This document shows positions 10,314 to 21,689 of a DNA stretch of 64,000 nt, one piece after another. Positions within the stretch are counted from its first letter, which is position 1. The number at the start of each line of letters is the position of its first letter. The notes below the pieces were generated by a model. It saw nothing but the letters and a program-made list of their open reading frames with translations. It did no database searches and had not been told where the DNA came from. A program made the position numbers and the translations under genes. Origin of the DNA: Alphaproteobacteria bacterium (lineage in GTDB: Bacteria; Pseudomonadota; Alphaproteobacteria; MPNO01; UBA830); the NCBI GenBank assembly GCA_964291215.2, contig OZ219790.1, positions 928,001 to 992,000 of the forward strand, in the 5' to 3' direction.

Positions 10314-10766
10314 TCAGCCGGGATCGCGGCAGTGGATGAAGAACACCCCTTCGGCATGCCATACCGGCTCGTTCACCTCGTCGAGCCCCTGGAACTCGAA
10401 ACGCACGAGGCCGCGATCTGGCTTTGAGCGCGAGCGCCGCGAATCAAGCACGCGTGCATGCGGCCTGATCCGGGCCCCGGGAAGGACCGGCTTGAGCCAC
10501 CTGAATGATTCGAAACCCGGCGAAGCCAGTCCCGCAGTCTCGCGCATGACATCGTCGAGGAACGGCGTGATGCAGCTGAGCGCGGTCTGCCAGCCGCTCG
10601 CAATCAACCCGCCATAGGGTGCCGTGGCCGGCGAATCGGGTTCGGTATGCATCGGCTGCGGATCGTGACGCCTGGCGAACTCGAGGATGCTGTCAACATC
10701 GGGCACCCACGGCTCGTAATTCCATTCGTCCCCGACGGCAAAATCCTCATAGAAATATCGTGGCAT
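10314..10766 (-). CDS. MaoC-family dehydratase
   Basis: YEDFAVG, DPQPMH, GLIASGWQT. Confidence 0.88.
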   Translation of the reverse strand: MPRYFYEDFAVGDEWNYEPWVPDVDSILEFARRHDPQPMHTEPDSPATAPYGGLIASGWQTALSCITPFLDDVMRETAGLASPGFESFRWLKPVLPGARIRPHARVLDSRRSRSKPDRGLVRFEFQGLDEVNEPVWHAEGVFFIHCRDPG

Positions 10767-10896
10767 GGCCGTATCCAAACTGCTGTCTCCCGGCAGTGCC
10801 GGCCGGGCGGAACCTATCACCGCCGCGTTGCGGTTGCCATTTGCGACGAACAGCCAAATCCGGCCCGCCGGCCGCCACGTCCGAAGGCGCGATTCC

Positions 10897-10924
10897 TTGA
10901 CGGGCGGAACTCAGGGAATAGACT
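10897..10924 (+). promoter_or_regulatory. Putative sigma70 promoter giving a leaderless transcript
   Basis: TTGACG-16 nt-TAGACT, ATG starts 7 nt after the -10 box, no RBS. Confidence 0.5.
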
Positions 10925-10930
10925 GCAGGC

Positions 10931-11992
10931 ATGCAAACTTCTCCCGATGTTCAATTCGCCGCCGCCGGCTCGGCAGGCCGAATCCACATCAACAAACCCC
11001 GATCACTGAACTCGCTGACCGAAGCCATGTGCAGCGACATCCATACCCGGCTCCGGCAATGGCAGGACGACGACGCGATACGCGTGGTGATCGTGACCGC
11101 CGAGGGCGACCGCGCCTTCTGTGCCGGCGGCGATGTACGCAAGGTCTACGAGATCGGCCGCACAGACCCGGTCGACGCGCGCCGCTTCTTTGCCGCCGAA
11201 TACCGGATGGACGCACTCATCGCCGGATTCCCCAAGCCCTATGTCTGCCTTATCGACGGCATCGTGATGGGCGGCGGCCTCGGCATCTCGGTCAACGGCC
11301 GTTATCGGGTCGCGGGCGAGCGCACGACGGCGGCCATGCCCGAAACCGGAATCGGCCTGCTGCCCGATGTCGGCGCCACCGCATTTTTGAACGCAGCCCC
11401 GGGCCGGATCGGGCTGTATCTCGGCCTCTCGGGCGCACGCATGAACGTCGCCGACACCCTTCATGCTGGCTTCATGACCCATTTCGTCCCCGCCGCCCGC
11501 CATCCGGCGCTTGCCGACGCGCTCGCCGGCCTCGGCAGCAGCGATGACGACTTCGCAACCGTCGAGGGGGTGCTCGGCGACTTTACCGAGGACCCGGGCC
11601 CGTCGGAGCTCGCTAGCCACCAGGACGACATCGACCGCCTGTTCGCAGCCAACACCGTCGAGGAGATCGTCGCGGCGCTGACCGCCGATGGCTCGGAGTT
11701 CGCGGCCGAGACTCTGGCGACGCTGCGCCGCATGTCGCCGACAAGCATGAAGATCACCGCACGGCAGCTGACCGGCCATCCCGGCCTCTCGGTGCCCGAG
11801 GCGCTTACGCTCGAATACCGGATGATCTGCCATGTGCTCGAGCGTCACGACTTCTACGAGGGCATCCGCGCCGTGCTGATCGACAAGGACGGTAACCCAT
11901 GTTGGAATCCCGGCACCTTGGAAGAGGTCGCTCGCGAAGAGGTCGAGGCCCATTTCACCCCGCTCGGGGATGCCGAGCTGGTCCTCTGGTGA
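10931..11992 (+). CDS. 3-hydroxyisobutyryl-CoA hydrolase-like crotonase
   Basis: [43 protein letters not shown]. Confidence 0.92.
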   Translation: MQTSPDVQFAAAGSAGRIHINKPRSLNSLTEAMCSDIHTRLRQWQDDDAIRVVIVTAEGDRAFCAGGDVRKVYEIGRTDPVDARRFFAAEYRMDALIAGFPKPYVCLIDGIVMGGGLGISVNGRYRVAGERTTAAMPETGIGLLPDVGATAFLNAAPGRIGLYLGLSGARMNVADTLHAGFMTHFVPAARHPALADALAGLGSSDDDFATVEGVLGDFTEDPGPSELASHQDDIDRLFAANTVEEIVAALTADGSEFAAETLATLRRMSPTSMKITARQLTGHPGLSVPEALTLEYRMICHVLERHDFYEGIRAVLIDKDGNPCWNPGTLEEVAREEVEAHFTPLGDAELVLW

Positions 11993-12024
11993 ACTGTCCG
12001 ACAACCACAACAGAAAGGCCATCC

Positions 12025-12801
12025 ATGACCCACGAATACATCATCGTCGAGCGGCGGGACCGCGTCGGCGTCATCACGCTCAACCGCCCGGAGGCGCTCA
12101 ACGCTTTGTGCTCACCGCTGATCGCCGAGCTCAACGGCGTGCTCGACGAGTTCGAGGCCGACAACGGCATCGGCGCCATGGTGCTCACCGGATCCGAGAG
12201 GGCCTTCGCCGCCGGCGCCGATATCAAGGAGATGCAGGACAAGACCTGGCCCGATGTCTATATGGAGGACTTCATTACCGCCGGATGGGAACGGCTCGCC
12301 GCCTGCCGCAAGCCAACGATCGCCGCGGTCGCGGGCTACGCGCTCGGCGGCGGCTGCGAGATCGCGATGATGTGCGACTTCATAATCGCTGGCGACAACG
12401 CCAGGTTCGGACAGCCGGAGGTCAATCTTGCCGTCCCGCCCGGCGCCGGCGGCACCCAGCGCCTGACGCGTTTCGTGGGCAAATCCAAGGCTATGGACAT
12501 GTGCCTGACCGGGCGCTTCATGGATGCTGAGGAAGCGGAGCGTTCGGGACTGGTGTCGCGCGTGGTGCCGGCGGCGAATCTCGTCGAGGAGGCCGTCAAG
12601 GTGGCGGAGGTCATAGCGGAAAAGGCGCTTCCCAACACGGTACTGATCAAGGAATCGGTTAACCGCGCCTACGAGACGACATTGTCCGAAGGCATCCGGT
12701 TCGAGCGCCGGATGTTCCATGCCTCCTTCGGAACCGCCGACCAGCGGGAAGGAATGGCCGCCTTCGTCGAGAAGCGGAAGGCGGAGTTCCGACGCGAATA
12801 G
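12025..12801 (+). CDS. Enoyl-CoA hydratase
   Basis: [32 protein letters not shown]. Confidence 0.95.
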   Translation: MTHEYIIVERRDRVGVITLNRPEALNALCSPLIAELNGVLDEFEADNGIGAMVLTGSERAFAAGADIKEMQDKTWPDVYMEDFITAGWERLAACRKPTIAAVAGYALGGGCEIAMMCDFIIAGDNARFGQPEVNLAVPPGAGGTQRLTRFVGKSKAMDMCLTGRFMDAEEAERSGLVSRVVPAANLVEEAVKVAEVIAEKALPNTVLIKESVNRAYETTLSEGIRFERRMFHASFGTADQREGMAAFVEKRKAEFRRE

Positions 12802-12869
12802 GGAACTGCAGCCGGCGTCTCGGGGAAATTCAGACCGGATTCCACACGGGACCGGCGGACGGAGACGGG

Positions 12870-13868
12870 TTGATGGATATCGTTGCCTATGCCGCGTCGG
12901 TCGGCCATTCGGTGTGGTTCTCCCGTGATGTGGGCGAGACCTGGAACCGGGCCAACACGACGACCGGCGGCATCTACAACGAGTCGCGCTGTTGGTGCGT
13001 GTCCACCCATCCGGCAGCACCCGGACGCGTGCTGTCCGGCACAGATCTCGGCATCCACCGCTGGGATCCGGACGCGACGCGCTGGACCCATGTCGCCTCA
13101 CCGATGGACGGCCTTCACATACTCCAGATGGCGCAACACCCCGAAGATCCCGGATTCATCGTCGCCGGCACCCGGCCGGCGGCCATCTATGTCTCGGAGG
13201 ACGGAGGCACATCCTGGTTCCAAGCGCCGCTTGACAACGCCGACCACTGCGAGGTCATCAATATACCACGCGTCACCTCGATTCAGTTCGATCCAGCCGA
13301 CTACGACACGATCTGGATAACCATAGAGATCGATGCCATATGGCGATCGACCGACCGCGGCCGCAACTGGGAGCGCCTCGGCAGGGGACTCCGTACCGAC
13401 GACACCCACAACCTGGTGATCATCGACGATCTCGGCGAACGCCGGATCCTGTGCTCAACCGAGCTCGGGCTCCACCGCTCCGACGACAACGGCAAGAGCT
13501 GGCATCATGTCGACGTTCCGGCCGCTCCGTGGCCGTATTTCCGGTGCATGACGCGACGGCCCGACGACAGCGGGATCCTGTTTCTCTCGGTTGGAGACCG
13601 ACCGTCAGGGGAAACCGGCCTGCTGCTCCGAAGCCGCGACTGGGGCGAGACCTGGGAAGATGCCGGTCTGCCCGAACCCGTCAATTCTACGATATGGTGG
13701 ATCGGCACCAACGCCGCCGACCCGTCGCTACTGTTCTGTTGTACAATCATGGGCCAGATCTTCCGCTCCCACGACGGTGGCGAGAGCTGGCAGAAGATAC
13801 GCCGAGAGCTCGGCGAACTACGCATGATCGCATGGGAGCCGGTCGCCGGAACCACCGGCGCGTCCTGA
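12870..13868 (+). CDS. BNR/Asp-box repeat beta-propeller protein
   Basis: Six SxDxGxxW Asp-boxes; no signal peptide. Confidence 0.85.
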   Translation: MMDIVAYAASVGHSVWFSRDVGETWNRANTTTGGIYNESRCWCVSTHPAAPGRVLSGTDLGIHRWDPDATRWTHVASPMDGLHILQMAQHPEDPGFIVAGTRPAAIYVSEDGGTSWFQAPLDNADHCEVINIPRVTSIQFDPADYDTIWITIEIDAIWRSTDRGRNWERLGRGLRTDDTHNLVIIDDLGERRILCSTELGLHRSDDNGKSWHHVDVPAAPWPYFRCMTRRPDDSGILFLSVGDRPSGETGLLLRSRDWGETWEDAGLPEPVNSTIWWIGTNAADPSLLFCCTIMGQIFRSHDGGESWQKIRRELGELRMIAWEPVAGTTGAS

Positions 13869-13884
13869 GCGGTAGGAGACATTG

Positions 13885-14574
13885 ATGAACGAATTCGCAA
13901 TGCCCCAGCAGGTCATCGACCGCGTGCTGGAAAAGCGCGGACGGCACCATGTGTTCGAATCCCTCGATCCTGAAAGGACCGCTTTCGTGGTCATCGACAT
14001 GCAGAACTTCTTCGTCACCGGGGTGCAACCCTGCCTCGACATCATTCCCAACATCAACCGCCTTGCCGGCAGGCTGCGCGATGCTGGTGGCCTCGTCGCC
14101 TGGGTGCTGCTCACGGTCGCCGAATCCCCGGACGGCCCGAGCCTGTGGCCCCTCTACCACGAATATTTCTTCACCGAGGAGAAAAGGAAGGCGCACAAGA
14201 ACGGGCTCACTCGCGGCACCGCGGGCCACGCGCTCCATGCCGACCTCGATGCGCGCGACGGCGACCTGTACAGCGAGAAGACCCGTTTCAGCGCCTTCAT
14301 CCAAGGCGCCTCGGATCTCCACGAACGCCTGCAAGAACGTGGCATCGAGAACATTCTCGTCGGCGGTACGCTTACCAACATGTGCTGCGAATCCTCGGCC
14401 CGCGACGCGATGATGATCGGCTACCGCACGGTCATGGTCGAGGATTGCAACGCGTCGCGGCTGCCCGAAGAGCATCTCGTCGGCCTGACCTCGGTCTATC
14501 AGAGCTTCGCCGACGTGCGCTCGACGGACGAGGTGATCGGCGATGTCCTTGGCACCAGGATCGCCGCCGAGTAG
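13885..14574 (+). CDS. Isochorismatase-family cysteine hydrolase
   Basis: VVIDMQN, KTRFSAF, TNMCCESSARDA. Confidence 0.9.
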   Translation: MNEFAMPQQVIDRVLEKRGRHHVFESLDPERTAFVVIDMQNFFVTGVQPCLDIIPNINRLAGRLRDAGGLVAWVLLTVAESPDGPSLWPLYHEYFFTEEKRKAHKNGLTRGTAGHALHADLDARDGDLYSEKTRFSAFIQGASDLHERLQERGIENILVGGTLTNMCCESSARDAMMIGYRTVMVEDCNASRLPEEHLVGLTSVYQSFADVRSTDEVIGDVLGTRIAAE

Positions 14575-14580
14575 CGCGCC

Positions 14581-15714
14581 GTGCCGTCTCAGACCAGGAT
14601 CCCGTGCGTCATCCAGCGTGGCGGCACCTCCAAGGGGCCGTATTTCCTGACATCGGACCTGCCATCGGATCCCGGCCTCCGCGACCGCGTGCTGCTGGCA
14701 GTCATGGGGTCGCCGGACCGGCGCCAGATCGACGGGCTCGGGGGTGCGGATCCGCTGACCAGCAAGGTTGCCGTCGTCGGCCCGGCGGCAACCGCCGGCG
14801 CGGACATCGACTACCTCTTCTGCCAGGTCAAGATCGACGAACCCGCGGTAGACGTGACGCCAAATTGCGGAAACATGCTTGCCGGCGTCGCGCCGTTCGC
14901 GATCGAACACGGGCTGGTCAAGGCCGAAAACGGGGTAACCACTGTCCGCGTCCGCATGGTCAATTCGGGCAATCTCTGCGATGTCCGGGTTCTTACCCCG
15001 GGCGGCACCGTCACCTATGAGGGAGATGCGCAAATCGACGGCGCGCCCGGCACGTCGGCGCCGGTGATGATCGATTTTCTCGATACTGCCGGCTCGGCCT
15101 GCGGGAGCCTGCTTCCCACCGGGAACTCGGTGGACACCGTCGACGGTATCGCGGTCACGTGCATCGATAACGGCATGCCGCTGGTCATCCTGAAGGCAAC
15201 CGATGTCGGCGTGACCGGTTACGAGACGCGCGACGAGCTAAACGCCGCCACGGACGTCAGGAAGCGCGTCGAAGCAATTCGGCTTGCGGTCGGCGAAGCG
15301 ATGAATCTCGAGGACGTGACCGACAAGGTCGTACCCAAGATGTGCCTCGTCTCCCCCCCCGTTCACGGCGGCGCGGTCTCCGTCCGCTGCTTCATTCCAC
15401 ATGTCTGCCACGCCTCGATCGGCGTGCTCGCAGCGGTGTCGCTTGCAACCGCCTGCGTGCTTCCCGGATCGGTCGCGGCCGAGGTCGCCGCGACGCCCGA
15501 CGACAACCCCGCCCTGTTCTCAGTCGAGCATCCGTCCGGAGAGTTCTCCGTGGAACTCGAGATCGGCGACCAGAAAGATGGAATTCCCCGCATCGAACGC
15601 GCCTCCCTTCTCAGGACCACGCGCCGCATCATGGAAGGTTCAGTCCTGATTCCGGCGAGCATGTGGAACGGAGCGAACGCGCGCGACGAATCGGCCGCGC
15701 TTGCGGCCGAATAG
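14581..15714 (+). CDS. PrpF-family isomerase (4-oxalomesaconate tautomerase-like)
   Basis: RGGTSKG, QIDGLGGADPLTSK, NCGNM, EHPSG. Confidence 0.9.
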   Translation: MPSQTRIPCVIQRGGTSKGPYFLTSDLPSDPGLRDRVLLAVMGSPDRRQIDGLGGADPLTSKVAVVGPAATAGADIDYLFCQVKIDEPAVDVTPNCGNMLAGVAPFAIEHGLVKAENGVTTVRVRMVNSGNLCDVRVLTPGGTVTYEGDAQIDGAPGTSAPVMIDFLDTAGSACGSLLPTGNSVDTVDGIAVTCIDNGMPLVILKATDVGVTGYETRDELNAATDVRKRVEAIRLAVGEAMNLEDVTDKVVPKMCLVSPPVHGGAVSVRCFIPHVCHASIGVLAAVSLATACVLPGSVAAEVAATPDDNPALFSVEHPSGEFSVELEIGDQKDGIPRIERASLLRTTRRIMEGSVLIPASMWNGANARDESAALAAE

Positions 15715-15729
15715 CAGGGAGGCGCTTCC

Positions 15730-16392
15730 ATGGCCGCGGATCCGATCGTCGAACGCCTTCTCGCTCTCGACACGCCGGCGGTGTCCGACGCGCTCGACAG
15801 GCTCGAACTGGCCGGACGGGTCACCGGACTGCAGCCGCTGACGGTGACAAGGCGGATCGCCGGCGCAGTCATCACGGTCAAGCTTGGAACCGATGCGGCC
15901 ATCGGTGGCCCGAAACGCCATCTGTGCACGGCGGCCGTCGAGGCGGCGCGGCCGGGCGACGTCATCGTCATCGAGCAGAGGTCAGGGCTCGATGCCGCAG
16001 GCTGGGGCGGAATCCTGTCGAACGGCGCCAGCGTGCGCGGCGTCGCCGGGGTGGTCTGCGACGGCCCGGTACGTGATGTGGACGAAAGCCGCGCCCTCGA
16101 TTTCCCCGTGTTTGCCCGGAGCGCCACATCGGCCACCGCGCGCGGCCGAATCGTCGAGGAAGCATTCAACGGGCCGGTGACGGTCACCGACGTCACGGTC
16201 AGTCCCGGAGACTATCTGATTGCCGACAGTTCCGGGATCTGCTTCATCACCAAGGATCAGGCAGGAAAGGTCCTCGAGGCCGCCGAACTGATAGCGAAGC
16301 GCGAGGCGCTGATGACAGCCGCGGTTCGCGACGGTCAGCCTATCAGCCAGGTCATGGGAGCGGATTACGAGGACATGCTCGCAAAGAACTGA
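15730..16392 (+). CDS. RraA/HMG-aldolase family protein
   Basis: AVSDALD, WGGIL, DGPVRDVDE, PGDYLIAD. Confidence 0.87.
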   Translation: MAADPIVERLLALDTPAVSDALDRLELAGRVTGLQPLTVTRRIAGAVITVKLGTDAAIGGPKRHLCTAAVEAARPGDVIVIEQRSGLDAAGWGGILSNGASVRGVAGVVCDGPVRDVDESRALDFPVFARSATSATARGRIVEEAFNGPVTVTDVTVSPGDYLIADSSGICFITKDQAGKVLEAAELIAKREALMTAAVRDGQPISQVMGADYEDMLAKN

Positions 16393-16551
16393 TCGGCCGT
16401 TTCGGAGTCGAACCATCCGGTGGAGGGAACGGCCGAAGCGTCATCTCCCAACCCTTCAACGACGTTCCGCGATCTCGGCGGGCCGATCCCTGACCGGTCC
16501 GCACGAAGCGCCACCGGTCACCGATACGAACCGGGCATTGTCCCGACAGGT

Positions 16552-17298
16552 TCAGCCGCCGGCCAACAGTTCCCAAACCAGCCTGACCTCCATTATCCCG
16601 ATTACCCCGACGATGATGAGTCTGAATGCGCGTGGACTGACTTTCGTCGCCATCCGCATGCCCAGCGGGACGAACAGCATCGCGGGAATGATGGCCAGAA
16701 GCCCCTGAACAATTCGCTCCTGATCATAGAGGCCGGCAACGCCCACTGTCACCATATGCATGACCGAAATCGACGTGAACAGTAGCGATATGGCGAAGAC
16801 GTACGTCTCCTTCACGAAACCGAGCGCGTACCCCCAGGTGCCGATGAACGGGCCGGATATACCCGTCGCCCCCTGGCAGATCCCCGCGGCGCCTGCGATC
16901 ACTGGCGACAGGAGTCGAACCGTTCTTCCGGTGGCCTCGATCCTGATGTTGAATGCGGCGGTAATCAGGAACACGCCGATCCAGCAGGCGAGGATGATGG
17001 TGAGCAAACGCTCGTCAATATTGGCCAGTATCCAGGTTCCAACGGACACGCAAGCCGCAGCCGAGACCAGAGACCAGAAGACCGGCGGCATCTCCCGCAT
17101 CCGGTGCCGCCATGTCCATACGACCTGCAGATTAGCGAAAGCGACGGGGATGGTCGCCACCACGATGGCATGCTGAACCCCAAAGAACACCGAGAGGATT
17201 GCGATGACGACAGCGGGCAGCCCGAGTCCGGTCAAGCCTTTGGCGAACGATCCGAAAGCCAGAGCGGCAAAGATAATGACCAGCGAACCGGCGGTCAT
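16552..17298 (-). CDS. TauE/SafE (TSUP) membrane protein
   Basis: KGLTGLG and QGATGISGP repeats, multiple TM helices. Confidence 0.85.
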   Translation of the reverse strand: MTAGSLVIIFAALAFGSFAKGLTGLGLPAVVIAILSVFFGVQHAIVVATIPVAFANLQVVWTWRHRMREMPPVFWSLVSAAACVSVGTWILANIDERLLTIILACWIGVFLITAAFNIRIEATGRTVRLLSPVIAGAAGICQGATGISGPFIGTWGYALGFVKETYVFAISLLFTSISVMHMVTVGVAGLYDQERIVQGLLAIIPAMLFVPLGMRMATKVSPRAFRLIIVGVIGIMEVRLVWELLAGG

Positions 17299-18050
17299 CC
17301 ACCGAGTCCTTCCCACAGCAACTTCACCTCCATAAGAGCAATCATTCCGATGACGACGCCGTTGAAGAACTTCAGGCTGACCGCGCCTCTCACCCGCATG
17401 CCGAGATACTGGAATATCAGCATCGGGATCAGGACGATCAGGCTTTCGAAGACGCGCAGCCAGTTCATCAGGCCGAAGGCTGTCAGGATACCAAGCTGAA
17501 AGAGGTTGAAAACCCCGAACAGCAGCGCGTTATAGAACACGAACGCATCCTTGCTCAGGCGGAACGACAGGATCAGGGTCGAAAACAGCGGTCCGGACAC
17601 GCCCGTCGCCCCCTGAGCAAAACCGCCGCACAGGCTCGCGCCCGCTGTCAGCAGCCGTCCCCTGACGCCGACCAGCCTGAACGAGAGGTTGAAAACGAGA
17701 AGGAAGAGAAAACCGGCCACGATCCCGGCCAGAAACAGGATGATCGTCCGGTTGTCGGACGAATCGAGGAACCACACCCCGAAGAAGAGCATCACGAGCG
17801 CGGGCACGAGCATCTCGTAGCGGAGCGTCATCTCCGACGCCGCCTGCCGGGTGTTCCACAGCAACCAGACGTTGGAAACCAGCCCGGGTATCTGCATGAC
17901 CGCGACCGAGTGCTCGGCACCGAGAAATCCAGCCATGAAGGGTATTGCGACAAGCGGCAGGCCAAGGCCGGTCAGACCCTTGACGAAGGCGCCGGCCGCG
18001 ATCCCGCAGAAAATGACCGCAAGCGCATAGGGGTCGAGCCCCGCTTCCAC
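17295..18050 (-). CDS. TauE/SafE (TSUP) membrane protein, tandem paralogue
   Basis: KGLTGLG, QGATGVSGP; start GTG at 18050 is approximate. Confidence 0.85.
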   Translation of the reverse strand: MEAGLDPYALAVIFCGIAAGAFVKGLTGLGLPLVAIPFMAGFLGAEHSVAVMQIPGLVSNVWLLWNTRQAASEMTLRYEMLVPALVMLFFGVWFLDSSDNRTIILFLAGIVAGFLFLLVFNLSFRLVGVRGRLLTAGASLCGGFAQGATGVSGPLFSTLILSFRLSKDAFVFYNALLFGVFNLFQLGILTAFGLMNWLRVFESLIVLIPMLIFQYLGMRVRGAVSLKFFNGVVIGMIALMEVKLLWEGLGG

Positions 18051-18072
18051 CGCCCGGATCTCCGGACCGCAA

Positions 18073-19011
18073 TCAGCCCGAGAGGCCGTCGGAGACGTCA
18101 GCGTTCTCGGATTCGAGCTCGAGACCGGAGGCCGCAGCCTGCAACGACAGGAGCGCGGCAAAGTCGCCGCTTCCGTGGCCATGGCCGATGAGGGACTGCA
18201 CGACCTCCCTCGCCGCCGACGCAACCGGCATCGGAACGCCTTGGTCGCGCGCAGCTGCAAGGCCGAGATCAAGATCCTTGAGAAGGAGTTCCGGAGTGAA
18301 CGTCACCGAATAATCGAGATTGACGAGCGCCGGGGTCTTGTATCTGGAAAACATCGATCCCATGACGCTGTTGTTCAGGAATCCGAGGAATGCCTCGCGA
18401 GACACACCCGCCTTCTCGGCAAGAACGGTTATTTCGGCAAGATTCTGAATGACCACGCCGAGCAACACATTGTGGCAGATCTTAACGAACCGGGCGATGT
18501 CGCCCTCACCAACATAGGAAGATCCGCGGCCCATGACGTCGAGCCAGGGCTGAACCTCGTCATAGGCCGGGCGCGGACCGGATACCGCGAAGGACAGAAG
18601 TCCCGCCTTTACGACCTTGGCGTTGCCGGATACCGGCGCCGCGAGCATCACCGTTCCCATCTCGGCGCCGATCGCACGTACCCGCGCCGAGGTCCCGGCA
18701 TCGATCGACGTGCAATCCACGAGGATGCGCGGTGCAGAATCGGACCTCAACACGCCGCAATCGCCGGCCGTCACCTCGACAAAATCATCGGGTCCGGCAA
18801 CGATAGTGAAAACGACATCCCGGTCGGCCAGCGCGGACGGGCTGTCGACGATGGTCGCACCGTCATCGGCGAGCGGTTCCGCCTTGGACCGCGTACGGTT
18901 CCATATCGCGACATCAGCACCCGCCAGCAGCAGGCGCCGCGCCATCGCGAAACCCATCCGCCCCGCGCCTATCCAGCCGATTCGATGTCGTGTCGGATCC
19001 AGTGCGCTCAT
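18073..19011 (-). CDS. beta-hydroxyacid dehydrogenase (3-hydroxyisobutyrate DH family)
   Basis: IGWIGAGRMG, APVSG, KICHN, KDLDL. Confidence 0.9.
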   Translation of the reverse strand: MSALDPTRHRIGWIGAGRMGFAMARRLLLAGADVAIWNRTRSKAEPLADDGATIVDSPSALADRDVVFTIVAGPDDFVEVTAGDCGVLRSDSAPRILVDCTSIDAGTSARVRAIGAEMGTVMLAAPVSGNAKVVKAGLLSFAVSGPRPAYDEVQPWLDVMGRGSSYVGEGDIARFVKICHNVLLGVVIQNLAEITVLAEKAGVSREAFLGFLNNSVMGSMFSRYKTPALVNLDYSVTFTPELLLKDLDLGLAAARDQGVPMPVASAAREVVQSLIGHGHGSGDFAALLSLQAAASGLELESENADVSDGLSG

Positions 19012-20628
19012 CCTCGTAATCTCCCTTGTCCAGTTGCCGCCGCATGTTGCCGAGTCCGGCCCGTGAGAACGTCCGCTCATCCGCACCGGGGATGGCGCGC
19101 CGCAACTGCGAACTCGCCGCCACGCGAGTACGCTTGTCGCCGGACGGATTGTCACGGATTAAGCAGGCACGATGTCCGCGAACGCGGTGCACTCTACCAC
19201 TTGGGGCCAGCGCGTTCTCCATCCGATCCGCTGCCGTTCGGCAAACAGCAACGGGAACCGCAGCTTCGCTGCCGAAAAAGCCGGTTCGGACACCTGACCG
19301 GCAGACATGCCTCCCGCGCAACGCGCCCGTCATTCGATCGATGTTGCGATCGCACATACCGCACTGCAGCCACGTTCGGCCGCCCTCTTCGCGCAATCGA
19401 CGATCTCGCGACCGTACCGTTCCCGAACATAGTCCTTCCAGCCTCCGGTGCCGTCCTACACGGACAACCGCCCCCGGCGCTGCACGACCGATACGCCGAG
19501 GAAGAATAGCGTCGGGATCGCGGCGACGGCCAGCGCCGCCCAGAGCCGTCCTGGAACGCGGCGCGCGGTTTCCTGCCACCGGTGAAAGTCGGCGGCACAG
19601 ATGCCGATCTGTTACTCAATCCGCTCGACGACCTCGCCTAGCTGGTCCTCCGGGACCGCACTCGAAGTCGCCTCATCCAAGCCGATGCGAATATAGCCGG
19701 ATCCTGGCCGATCGTGCCTGTAGCACCTACCAGCAAGTCAAGCAAAGTACGGATCTCTGCGAGAGCTTCGCCTTGCTTCGTCGGCAAGCGGTCGGAGTGC
19801 AGATGCGGTTTCTCCAGCGTCAGTCCCGGAACCGCCGGGATCGGACACCGGAGCTTCAAACTTCAGCGATTTCGTCATCAGCGCATGACCTGCGTTCGCA
19901 TCACGCCTCTGGTCGACGCCGAGGCCAGTTCGGAGCCTATCCGCGGGTCCAGCGCCCGCGCCGGACCCGCGGATTCGGATCGCGGGGGAATTTCGCGGCG
20001 CGATGATCCCGCCCGAACACGATAGAAATAAGACGACTCGCGAGGAGCATGCCTTGATGCGTCACAATCGAATATTGTCGGTTCGGGAGGCAACGGCGTC
20101 AAACCGCCCGGCGCAAGAAAACGCCCGCGCGCCACTGCGATAACTCACCGCCATATCTCAGAGTATGTTCCTAAAGTTGCAGGTAGCCCCAAGCCATAGT
20201 ATTTCATCAGGCTACAACCCACAGATATAGGGTATCATGGCTCCGAGGCGGCGCGACCTCCATCCAAACCTGCCTGGTGACGGCGCTTCAGCCGTCACAA
20301 ACCAGATTCTTGGGATTATCCGCGACTTTAGAAACGAATTCTCAGGGATCAGCAAACGAAACGAAACCATCGGAGCGACAGCGGTCTCGACGCCGACGAC
20401 ATGGCATGGAAACATAAAGAGCATGTATGGCCGCCAAGCATTGCCGGACGCGAATTTCCTGCACGAACTGCAATCGGAGACAGGAACGCACCAGAGTCGC
20501 GCAAAATTCGGATTCCTCCCGAAGCAGAGCACGGTGGCGGCACGACAGGACTCTCCGACAGCAACGGCAGACGACAACCGGATTCGACGTTTTCATGCCA
20601 CCCGAATATCAGCGGTTTGGCTGCACGG

Positions 20629-21627
20629 TCAGTCGTCGAAACGTCCGTGCAGAGGAACGAAGAGCTTCTCAACCGGCATCTCTTCGGGAATGAAGCCCTG
20701 CTGATGCAAATAGCGGACCAGCGCCTCCAAAGTTCTCCGGTTCTTCTCGATACCATATGACCACGGATCGCCGCCGAACAACTCGTCAATTTCACGCAAG
20801 TCGTCCATCAGCCACGGCAGCATGTAACGCTGTGCGCCGGAAAAATACATGCGCTCCAGCGCCCATTTCCTGGCCGCGCAGAATGCCTTGTAGAGGCTCT
20901 CGGCTATCCAGCGGTGCTGCTCGTGGAGATCCTTGCGAATGACCACCAGATGCATGATCGGGTGAATCCCCGTTTCGGCATAGTAGCGCTGTTCCTCGGC
21001 CCGAAAATCCGGCCAGAGATAGGCAACCCGGTCGGGGTGGGTGCGAACCGAATCGGGAAGTCTCGAGCCAAGCACTGCATCAATCTCGCCGTCGGCGAGA
21101 AGGTCCGAGAGCGACCTGTCCGACGTGTTCTGCCTCAACGTTATCGGGCGCGAGAACTTCGGCGGGGCCGGCGGCGACCCGTGCGTTCCGGGCTTCTCCA
21201 TCGCACCCTGAACCCACTCCACGGCGGAAAGATCGACGCCATAGACGTTTTCCAGGTCCCCGCGGATGAACACCGCCGCGGTTTGGGTGTAGAGCGGCGT
21301 GCCGATGCACTTGCCGGCCAGATCCACAGGCCCCTCGATTCCCGCTTCGCGATTGACGCAGACGAAGCCATGGCGAAAGGCCTTCGACGGGAAGACCGGT
21401 AGCCCGACGAACGCACAGTCTCCCCTTGCGGTCATGGTCGCGAACTCGGTGATGGACATCTCCGACAGATCGAATTCCAGTCCCCCCACCATGCGATCGA
21501 AGATTTCACGCGGCGCCTGAATCTCAAGGAAATTGAGATCGATTCCCTCGACATCGATGATTCCGTACCGCAGCGCCTCCATCCGGTCGTACGGGCCGCA
21601 TGCGAAGGTAAGGGGCAGTCTGGACAT
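20629..21627 (-). CDS. 4,5-dihydroxyphthalate decarboxylase-like protein (binding-protein fold)
   Basis: LTFACGPYDR, EIFDRM, PVFPSKAFRH, HPIMH, DPWSYG. Confidence 0.8.
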   Translation of the reverse strand: MSRLPLTFACGPYDRMEALRYGIIDVEGIDLNFLEIQAPREIFDRMVGGLEFDLSEMSITEFATMTARGDCAFVGLPVFPSKAFRHGFVCVNREAGIEGPVDLAGKCIGTPLYTQTAAVFIRGDLENVYGVDLSAVEWVQGAMEKPGTHGSPPAPPKFSRPITLRQNTSDRSLSDLLADGEIDAVLGSRLPDSVRTHPDRVAYLWPDFRAEEQRYYAETGIHPIMHLVVIRKDLHEQHRWIAESLYKAFCAARKWALERMYFSGAQRYMLPWLMDDLREIDELFGGDPWSYGIEKNRRTLEALVRYLHQQGFIPEEMPVEKLFVPLHGRFDD

Positions 21628-21689
21628 GTCTTTCTCCCATCTGCTGCAGCGTGCGCGAACCGGACCGGTGCGCCGCTTGCAGCGCTCGT

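Noticed and set aside
8720-10357. 545-aa minus-strand ORF and similar long antisense ORFs across the window
   Set aside because: High-GC shadow frames opposite well-supported genes
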